From: Gemmatimonadales bacterium
GTDB lineage: Bacteria > Gemmatimonadota > Gemmatimonadetes > Gemmatimonadales > GWC2-71-9
NCBI GenBank assembly: GCA_041615815.1
Contig: JBFJCP010000002.1
Coordinates: forward strand, 173,025 to 237,024
Direction: 5' to 3'
Length of the DNA stretch: 64,000 nucleotides
The notes under the pieces were generated by a model that made no database searches, was not told the DNA's origin, and saw nothing but the letters and a program-made list of their open reading frames with translations. Below, one piece after another: positions 46,148 to 55,600 of this stretch; the stretch's first letter is position 1; each line of letters starts with the position of its first letter. Position numbers and translations under genes: made by a program.

Positions 46148-48565
46148 ATGTCCACGTTCGCACAAGACATTCGCTACGCACTTCGCTCTCTGAAGAAGAA
46201 CCCGGGCTTTACGACCGTGGCGCTTCTTACGGTGGCACTCGGTATCGGCGTCAACACGGCCATCTTCAGTGTGGTGCACGGCGTCCTGCTCCGGGAACTG
46301 CCGTACCCAGGGGCGGCCCGCCTGGTGACGGTGTGGGAAGACCTGGAGCGACGCGGGGGTCCGAACACCGAATGGACCGGGCGATCCACGTTCGTCGATT
46401 GGAGGGAACTGAATCGCACGTTTAGCGCCATGAGCGCGGTCACCGACTGGGCACCCAACCTCACCGGAATCGACCGGCCGGACGTGTTGAACGGCGCGCT
46501 GGTGGGCGTGGATCATTTCCGCGTGCTCGGGGTGGCGCCGGCTCTCGGTCGGAGTTTCTCTCGCGACGAGGAGACCCCCGGCAACGACAACGTCGTCGTG
46601 GTGAGCCACGAGCTCTGGCAGCAGCGGTTTGGGGGTGGCGATCTCCTGGGCGCAACGCTCACGTTGGATTCTCGGCCACACACGGTTATCGGCATCATGC
46701 CGCCCCGCTTCGTCGCGCCGATCGTGGCCAACGCCCAGCTCTGGTCACCGCTGCCCATCGATCGGAACCGGGACGACCGCGGCAACTACTTCCTGCGCGT
46801 CATAGGACGGATGTCGCCTGGTGTCAGCCGGGAGACGGCGTTGGCCGACATGAACCGCGTGGCCGCCGCCATCGCGCTCGAGCACCCTGTGGACTATCGG
46901 GATGTCGGGGTCACGCTGGTTCCCTTGCGGGATACCGTGGTTGGCCCCGCGAGGACGCCACTACTGGTGTTGCTCGGCTCCGTGACGCTCATCTTGCTCA
47001 TTGCCTGCGCCAACGTAGCGAACCTCCTACTCGCACGCGCAACGATCCGGGAACGCGAGCTGGCCGTTCGCGTCGCACTCGGCGCAGGCCGGTCCCGCAT
47101 CATTCGACAACTGCTCACGGAGAGTGTGGTGCTTGCGTTGGCCGGCGGCATCCTCGGACTCGGACTCGGGATGTGGGGAACCGAAGTCTTGGTTCGAGCG
47201 GCTCCGGATGGACTGCCGAGGGCAACGGAGATCGGGCTTCACCCAACGGTGTTCGCGTTCGCGATCGCCGCCTCAGTGCTCACGGGACTCCTGTTTGGAT
47301 TGGCACCCGCTCTGGGGCTCTCGAGCGGGACGGCGACCCCGGCGTTGCGGGACCGAACGGGCGGTGCGGCCACGGAGGCGGGAGGACGCGTGCGCGGCGG
47401 GTTGGTGGTGGTGGAACTCGCGCTAGGCATGGCCGTGCTCGTGGGAGCGGGTCTCCTGCTTCGGAGCTTTGCTGAGCTGAAGAGGGTCGATCCGGGATTC
47501 CGAATCGAGAATACGCTGAGCGCGCGGGTCATCCTCCCGCCGGCGCGCTACGCGGGTCGGGCGGAGATCGTGACGTTCGTGCAGCAACTCGAAGAACGAC
47601 TTCGGAGCACGCCGGGCGTCCGGGATGTCGGTGCCGTCACGGTTCTCCCCCTGAATGGCGTCGTGAACGACATCAGCTTCGTCATCGAAGGTCGGATCCC
47701 CCCACCGGGAGAAGAGCCGGCCGCCGACTCCCGGCGGGCCACTCCAGGTTTCTTTACGACCCTGAGCGTCCCGCTCCTCCGCGGCCGACTGTTCGACGAG
47801 ACGGACCGGGATGGGACCGTACCCGTGGCGATCATCAGTGAGCAACTGGCGCGACAACAGTTCGCCGGCGAAGAGCCCGTCGGGAAACGCATCAAGGTGG
47901 GTGGCGTGCGGGACCCAGAGGCACCATGGTGGACGATCGTCGGTGTGGTTGGGAGCGTGCGATCGCGCGCGCTCGATCGCGTTCCGGAGCCGGAGATCTA
48001 TGTCCCGGCGGCGCAACGCCCTTCCCGCGGGTGGAGCATCGTGCTCGCCACGGACGGAGACCCGGCGGCGTTGGCTCCCGCACTGCGAGAAACCGTGTGG
48101 TCGTTGGATCCGGACATGGCGGTCGCCCAGCTCGCCACACTCGAGAGCGTATTCTCGGCAAGCATCGCCGCGCAGCGCTTCTTGAGTTGGCTGCTCGGCG
48201 CGTTCGCCGCCCTCGCCGTGATACTGGGAGCGGTGGGGATCTACGGCGTGATGGCGTTCACGGTAAGCCGTCGCACCCGCGAGATTGGGATCCGCATGGC
48301 CCTCGGCGCCCGCCCGGCGGATGTGCTGCGGAGCGTGATGCAGCGGGGGCTGTGGCTGATCCTGGCAGGACTGGCCTTGGGGTTCGCCGGCGCGGTGGCT
48401 GCGAGTCGCGCGCTCACCAGCCTGCTCTACGGGGTGAGTCCCACCGACCCACTCACCCTCGTGGGGGTGGCGATCCTCCTGGCCGCAACCGCCCTCTTCG
48501 CATGTTATTGGCCGGCGCGTCGGGCGACGCGGGTTGATCCCATCGTCACGCTGCGGAGCGAGTAG
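46148..48565 (+). CDS. ABC transporter permease, duplicated MacB/FtsX type (ADOP family)
   Basis: 'QDIRYALRSL.KNPGFT', 'LLIACANVANLLLAR', 'RRTREIGIRMALGA' and 'PARRATRVDP'. Confidence 0.93.
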   Translation: MSTFAQDIRYALRSLKKNPGFTTVALLTVALGIGVNTAIFSVVHGVLLRELPYPGAARLVTVWEDLERRGGPNTEWTGRSTFVDWRELNRTFSAMSAVTDWAPNLTGIDRPDVLNGALVGVDHFRVLGVAPALGRSFSRDEETPGNDNVVVVSHELWQQRFGGGDLLGATLTLDSRPHTVIGIMPPRFVAPIVANAQLWSPLPIDRNRDDRGNYFLRVIGRMSPGVSRETALADMNRVAAAIALEHPVDYRDVGVTLVPLRDTVVGPARTPLLVLLGSVTLILLIACANVANLLLARATIRERELAVRVALGAGRSRIIRQLLTESVVLALAGGILGLGLGMWGTEVLVRAAPDGLPRATEIGLHPTVFAFAIAASVLTGLLFGLAPALGLSSGTATPALRDRTGGAATEAGGRVRGGLVVVELALGMAVLVGAGLLLRSFAELKRVDPGFRIENTLSARVILPPARYAGRAEIVTFVQQLEERLRSTPGVRDVGAVTVLPLNGVVNDISFVIEGRIPPPGEEPAADSRRATPGFFTTLSVPLLRGRLFDETDRDGTVPVAIISEQLARQQFAGEEPVGKRIKVGGVRDPEAPWWTIVGVVGSVRSRALDRVPEPEIYVPAAQRPSRGWSIVLATDGDPAALAPALRETVWSLDPDMAVAQLATLESVFSASIAAQRFLSWLLGAFAALAVILGAVGIYGVMAFTVSRRTREIGIRMALGARPADVLRSVMQRGLWLILAGLALGFAGAVAASRALTSLLYGVSPTDPLTLVGVAILLAATALFACYWPARRATRVDPIVTLRSE

Positions 48566-48700
48566 GGGTTAAAACGGGCCTCGGTACCTGGTAAGACGGT
48601 GGGAGGCCGTCCGCCGCGTCACGCGATATTCAGGGCCTCTTCACGGGGAAACCGGTATGGATGGTTACTTTACAGGAACCGTCTCCCCTCGAGGTCGCCG

Positions 48701-49669
48701 ATGTTCCGCACTGCGCTGGTCCCGCTCGATGGCTCGCTCCTCGCCGAGGGGGCGTTGCCGCACGCCGAAGTGCTGGCCACGCAGCTCCGAACCAAGCTCA
48801 AGTTGTTACGCGTCGTCCCGACCCGGCGCCGGGGCGGTGCCGCCCCCATGGATATCGTCGATCGACCACTCTGCTATGCCGAAGCCATGGCGTACCTCGA
48901 CGCGGTGGCCGCCGACCTGGCAACCCGGGAGGTCGAGGCCGAGGTCGAAGTCAGCGTGGGGCAGCCTGCGGAACGGATCCTCGACGCCGTCCGGGCCACC
49001 GCACCCGACCTCGTCATCCTCACGAGCCACGGTAGTGGGGGTCCGTCGCCGTTCGCGATGGGCAGCGTCGCCCAAAAGGTGCTCTCGCGGGCCGGCACGT
49101 CGGTTCTGATCGTTCCCAACGGCCTGACCCCACCCGGCGGTTCCGAGGGGTACCGGCGTGTCCTGGTCGGTCTCGACTGCACGGCGCACGGCGGCTGGGC
49201 ACTCAACACCGGCGTCGCGTTGGCCCGCGCCACCGGTGCGGAGCTCGTGCTGACGCACATCGTCGCGGTGCCGCGGGCGGCGGGTCCCCGACCGGTCCCA
49301 GCCGAGCTGGCCCAAGCGGTGGATAGGGTCGTGAGCCTCAACCGGGCCGCCGCCGAGGCGTTCCTCGCGGACACCGTCGCGAGCATCGCCGGCAGGGACC
49401 TCAACGTGCGCGTGCGCATCGACGTCGCACCGTCGGTGCCCGACGCCCTCGCTGACGTGGCGGAGCATGAGCATGCCGATCTCGTCGTGCTGGCGGCGCA
49501 CGGCGCGTCCCTCGACGTTCGGGAGCAGTATGGGAGCGTCGCCGCTCAGGTCCTGCCCGGGATACGCTGGCCGCTCCTGGTCGCGCAGGACACCCCGCGC
49601 CCGTCGGCGCCGCTCCAAGAAGCGGCCCCCGCGCGCCTCCGGAGGGAACCCCCGCTCCGCAACCAGTGA
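48701..49669 (+). CDS. Universal stress protein (two USP domains)
   Basis: 'LVPLDGS', 'DLVILTSHGSGG...MGSVAQKVL', and a second domain 'DLVVLAAHG...YGSVA'. Confidence 0.9.
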   Translation: MFRTALVPLDGSLLAEGALPHAEVLATQLRTKLKLLRVVPTRRRGGAAPMDIVDRPLCYAEAMAYLDAVAADLATREVEAEVEVSVGQPAERILDAVRATAPDLVILTSHGSGGPSPFAMGSVAQKVLSRAGTSVLIVPNGLTPPGGSEGYRRVLVGLDCTAHGGWALNTGVALARATGAELVLTHIVAVPRAAGPRPVPAELAQAVDRVVSLNRAAAEAFLADTVASIAGRDLNVRVRIDVAPSVPDALADVAEHEHADLVVLAAHGASLDVREQYGSVAAQVLPGIRWPLLVAQDTPRPSAPLQEAAPARLRREPPLRNQ

Positions 49670-52600
49670 CGGAGCCCGAAACCGGATCTCCGACACCCAC
49701 CGCCGCGCTCGCGACGGCTGACGCCGCATGCCGTCCGACGGGCCCCGACGGGTTGGGCCCTCGACTCGAGCGGTTGGACCGAGCCCTGACGCACGTCGAC
49801 CGCTGGCTCGCGAGGCCGGCAGGGATGCCTGCCACCGGGGCCGCCGAGTGGCTCCTCGACAACTGGTACATCATTACTGACGCCCGCCGCGAGGTGTTGC
49901 GCGGGTTGCCTGCTCCGTACCGGCGCGAGCTGCCGCGCTGCACAAACGGCGCCCATGCCGGCCTCCCACGTGCCTATCGGCTAGCCTGCTTCCTGGTCGA
50001 AGAGTCCCGCGATCTCCTGGACGGCGAACTCGTTGCCCGACACGTCGAGGAGTATCAGCGCGTCGCCGTGCTCACGCTCGGGGAGCTGTGGGCGCTGCCG
50101 AATCTGCTACGCCTCGCGGTGCTCGAGGACCTGGCTGCCGGCGCTGGGTCGCTCGCAGGACTACCCGACGAAGCGCTTCCGGACAGCTCGCCCACCACCG
50201 CCAATCTCCCGCTCGAGTCGCGGATCGGCTCGTGCGTGACGAGTCTCAGGCGGATCGCGGCGCAGGACTGGACCGAGTTCGTCGAGTCGGTGAGCGTGGT
50301 CGAGCGCACATTGCGCGACGATCCGGCGGCGGTGTACCCGGCAATGGACCTCGCGACGCGCGACGGCTACCGCAAGGCGGTGGAGGAGCTGGCCCGCTGG
50401 TCCACGCGCGACGAGGCCGAGGTTGCGCATCGCGCGGTGGCTCATGCCAACGCCGCACCGACAGGGGATCGGCAACGGCACGTCGGCTTCCACTTGGTGG
50501 ACCGCGGCCGCGCCGCGCTCGAGCGATCGCTCGACTGCCGGGTTCCGCTCCGCGAGCGGCGGCGGCGGTGGGTGTTCGCGCACGCCGCGCCACTCTACCT
50601 GGGCGGAATAGGCGCGGTGACCGGCGTGTTCCTCGCACTGGCAGCGCGTTACTTGTTCGCCGTGGGCGGCACGATCACTGAGCTGGCGGTCCTCGTCCTC
50701 GTTGCCAGCGTTCCCGCATCGTGCATTGCCGTCGCCGTCGTGAATTGGATCGTCACCCACGTCATCCCACCGCGCCATCTCCCGCGGCTCGACTTCAGCG
50801 ACGGCATCACCCCGAGCGCCCGGACGGTCGTCGCCATCCCGACCCTTCTCTCGAGCCGCGGGGACGTTGAGGCGATCCTGCGGCAACTAGAGATCAACTA
50901 TCAGGGCAACGACGATCCGGAGACGCGGTTTGCGCTCTTGACCGACGCGCCGGATGCCGCCGAGCCACACCTACCACGAGATGACCAGGTTCTGGCCGCC
51001 GCCGTTAGCGGCATCGAGGTGCTCAACGCCCGCTACGGCGCCGCTGGCCCTGGCCCGTTCCTGCTCCTCTATCGGAAGCGACGATGGAACCCAGCCGAGG
51101 GGCGCTGGATGGGCTGGGAGCGCAAGCGCGGGAAGCTGGCCGAGTTCAACCGCCTCCTGCTCGGGGACGGCGAAACCGATCTCGAGGTGCGAGCGGGGGA
51201 CCGGGCGGTGCTCTCCGGCGTCCGCTACGTGATCACGCTGGACGCGGACACCGTGTTGCCAAGAGAGAGCGCCGCGCGGCTGGTCGGGACCCTCGCGCAT
51301 CCCCTGAACAAGGCTGAGTTCGACGCGCGCGGGCGCGTCGTGGCGGGCTACACCGTGCTTCAGCCTCGACTCGAAGTCGACGCACCGAGTGCCGGCATCA
51401 CGCCATTCGCCCGCCTGTTCGAGGGCGAGACGGGACTCGACCTCTACACGCACGCGGTCTCCGACGCCTACCACGACCTGTTCGGCGAAGGCGTATACGC
51501 GGGCAAGGGGGTGTATGAGGTGGCGGCCTTCGAGCGGTCGCTCGCGGGGCGGGTGCCCGAGAATGCCCTCCTGAGCCACGATCTCTTCGAGGGCATCCAC
51601 GGCCGGGTCGGGTTTCTCTCCGACGTGCAGCTGTTCGAAGACTATCCGTCCCGCTTCGTGGGATACGCACGACGCCTGCACCGCTGGGTGCGTGGCGACT
51701 GGCAGCTCCTCCCATGGCTCGGCCTTCGGGTCCCGACGGCGGACGGTCGACGCGCCCCGTCACGGTTGTCGGCGATCGACCGCTGGAAGATCGCGGACAA
51801 CCTGCGTCGGAGCCTCACGGCTCCCAGCCTGTTGCTCTTCCTGTTTACCGGCTGGATCCGGTTCCCGGGCTCGGCGTGGTTCTGGACAGTGATCGCGGCG
51901 GCCACACTTGCCGTGCCGGTGCTGCTCAGCGCGGCAACCACCACGAACCGACTCATCGCGGGTGCCGCTTGGCGGCCGACCATGAGTCGGCTGGTTCGGG
52001 CCACCGGCACGGACCTCCTACGCTGGTTGCTCGGCCTCCTGTTCCTCGCGTTCGAGGCAGCCATCGTCCTCGATGCGATTGTCAGGACCCTCGCCCGGGT
52101 GTTCGTCACGAGGCGGCACCTCCTCGAATGGCAATCTGCAGCGCACACCGAGCGTATCGTCGCCCACCGACAGAGCTCGCGGTTCACGTGGCGGCAGATG
52201 GCGGCCTCGCCCGCGTTCGCGGTGGGCGGCGGAGTCTTGATCGTGCTCGCCGATGCGCCGCTCGCCCCCGCTCTACCTTTTCTATTGAGTTGGCTCCTGG
52301 CACCGCAGGTGGCTCACCGGCTGAGCCGGCCCGTTATCCGCGCCGTGCCCTTCCTGCGTCCCAACGAGCGCGTGCAGCTCCGCCGGGTCGCGCGGCGCAC
52401 GTGGCACTACTTCGAGCATGTGCTCAGCCCCGAAGACGAGTGGCTCGCACCGGACAACATTCAGGAGGCCCCCAGTCCGATACACGCCCGACGCACGTCG
52501 CCCACCAACGTCGGCATGGCGCTGCTTGCGACCCTCGGCGCGTGCGATCTCGGCTATCTCGGTGTCCGCTCAACCGCGGCGACCGTCCGCCAGATGCTGC

Positions 52601-55600
52601 TTGGGCTGAGCCGGCTGGAGCGGTTCCGAGGCCATTTCCTGAACTGGTATGACACGCGCACGCTCGGAACTCTGGCTCCGCGCTACGTCTCCGCGGTCGA
52701 CAGCGGCAACCTCGCCGCCGCGCTGATCACCCTGGAGCAGGGCTGCCACGAGCTTCAGTCCGCGCCGGCGGTCCGCACCGCGCTCTGGCACGGGCTTGGC
52801 GATACCGTGGGCGTATTCCGGGAGCAGGTGACCGATGCGGATCCCGAGCGGGTCGGGATCTCGGAGTCGTGCGACCTCGCCATTGCCAAGTTCGAAGTCG
52901 CCGTCTCGGACCCGCCACGCGGGCTCATCGCGGAGCGCGCGCGCCTCGAGTCGGTTCGCCGGGAACTGATCCCGCACATCGAGTCGGCGTTGGTCGAGCT
53001 CGTGCAGGGCGCCGAGGGACGGATCGCGGGGCAGCGGCTGCGGGACCTCAGGAGCTGGTTCGAGCGACTGCGCAGTCAAACCGCGCGGGTGGCACTCGAG
53101 TTCGATGCGCTGGTGCCGTGGGCACCCGTGCTCGCCGACGCGCCGGCCGCCGTCGCCGACGAGGCAGCCCCAGCGCCGGTTCGCGAGGCATACCAACGGC
53201 TCGCGGCGACGCTCGACGACCCGCCACCCTTGGCGGAGATCGACGGCATGAGCGCTCGGGTGGCACCACTTCGCGACGCCCTCCACGGCGCGATCGCGGC
53301 GGACGATGCTTCCCGGCGCGCCGGGCTCGCGCCGTGGCTCGCGCGCCTCGATACAGCCCTCGAGGAGGCTGCGCGTGGCGCCAAACAAGTGGTTGCCGAA
53401 CTGCGCGAGACCGCCGAGCTGGCGGCGGCGCTGGTGCGCGAAATGGACTTTGCCTTCCTCTACGACAAACGGCGGCGCCTCTTTCACATCGGCTACGACG
53501 TGGACGCGGCAAGCCTCGACCCGAGCTACTACGATCTGCTGGCGTCGGAGGCGCGGCTCGCGAGCCTCGTTGCCATCGCCAAACACGATGTGGCCGAACG
53601 GCATTGGCTCCACCTGGGACGGCCGTTTGGGCGCGTGCGCCGGGACCGGGTGCTGCTCTCATGGGGCGGCACGATGTTCGAGTACCTGATGCCTGCATTG
53701 CTCACGGCCCTCCCCGAACAGACGCTCATCACCGAGAGCTGTCGCGCCGCCGTGCGCCAACAGATGATGTTCGGGCAGCGGCACGACACTCCTTGGGGCA
53801 TCTCCGAGTCTGGGTTCTATCTACTCAACCAATCGGGCCACTATCAGTACCGTGCATTCGGAGTCCCGGGTCTCGGACTGAAGCGGGAGCTGGGAGATCG
53901 CCTGGTCGTCGCGCCGTACGCGAGTCTACTCGCCCTTCCGTTCCTTCCGCGTGAGGTGGCGGCGAACGTGGCCCGGCTCCGGGGCCTCGGCGCGCTCGGC
54001 TCGTTCGGGTTGTACGAGGCGGTCGACTTTGGGCCCCCCGAGCCAGCCGAAACACGGCCGCCGGCGATCGTACAGAGCTACATGAGCCACCACCAGGGGA
54101 TGATCCTGGTGGCGCTCGCCAACCATCTCGCGGGCAACGGCATGGTTCGCCGGTTTCACGCGGACGCACGGGTGGCCAGTGTCGAGTACCTCCTGTACGA
54201 GCGGGTGCCGCGGCACGTGCCCGTGCAGCGGCGGGTCGAGCGGACCATGCCTGCGACACGTCCACCCCCCACACGCTACGAAGGTTGGTCCGTCACACCC
54301 TTGGCGGCGGCGCCCCAGGCACACCTCATCTCGAATGGCCGCTACAGCGTGCTGGTGACTGCCGCCGGAGGAGGCGGCAGCCGGCGTCGTGGCCGCGCAC
54401 TCACGCGATGGCGCGCGGAGGCAGGCATCGATCAGTGGGGCCACTGGCTCTACATCGAGGACGAAGCGAGCGGCGACCTCTGGTCCGTCGGTCGGCAGCC
54501 CGTGTGGGATGCCCCCGTCGAGACCACGGTCCGCTTTGCACCGGACGCCGCGGAATTCCGCGCCCGGGCGCACGGCATCGCCGCGCGAGCAGTGGTGCGT
54601 GTGCCGCCGGGTGACGATCTCGAGATCCGGGACGTCATTCTGACCAACGAGAGCGACCGCCGACGCCGTGTGGCGCTCACCAGTTTCTTCGAGGTGGCGC
54701 TCGCCCCGGCGTCCGATGACCTGCGCCATCAGGCGTTCGCCAAACTCTTCGTCGAGAGCGAGATCCTGGAGTCGTCGCGTACGCTCATCTTTCGGCGTCG
54801 GCCCGGCGGACCCGACCCCGAGCCGCTGTTGCTGGGGCACACGGCGGTAGTGCGCGAGGCAACGGCCGTGCGCGTATCCTTCGACACGAATCGGGCGGCG
54901 TTCTTCGGCCCGGGTGGCCGTGCCCACCGACCGGGGGCGCTCGGGCCGGACGGTACGGGACTCACCGGCACGGCCGGCGCGACCCTGGACCCCGCGGCTG
55001 CGATCCGACTGGCCATCGAGCTCGAGCCGGGCGAGACCTTCCAGGTCGCTTTCGTGACCTCCGCGGCCACTACCCGCGAGGAGCTCATCGCGCGGCTCGA
55101 TGCTCATCGATCGTGGGGCCAGCTCGACCGCGCTGCAGAGGAAGCGACGGGGCACGCGGAGGCGGAGCTCAACGCGCTTGGCGTGGCGACCGTGGAGGCA
55201 CGGATCATCCAACGGCTCTTCTCGGCCACACTCGCGCCCGATCCGCGGGTTCGCCCGCCCATCGACCGCCTCACTGCCCCTCGGTCGCCCCAGCCGGAGC
55301 TGTGGCGTTTCGGCATCTCCGGTGTGCGACCCATCCTGCTCCTCCGCGCCGCATCGGAGGGCCCGCACAAGCTCGCCGTCGTTCGCACCTTGTTGCGCGT
55401 GCACGCCTACCTCAGGCGCCAGGGGTGCGAGATGGACCTCGTCATCCTCGATCCGGTCTCGACGGGCTATCAACAACCCTTGTACGAACAACTCGGGAGT
55501 CTCATCGCTGATGGAGGGGCCGGTCCGTGGCGCGACAAGCCGGGCGGCGTATTCCTGATCCGCGCCGTGGGCTTATCGGACGCGGATGTCCTGCTGCTCG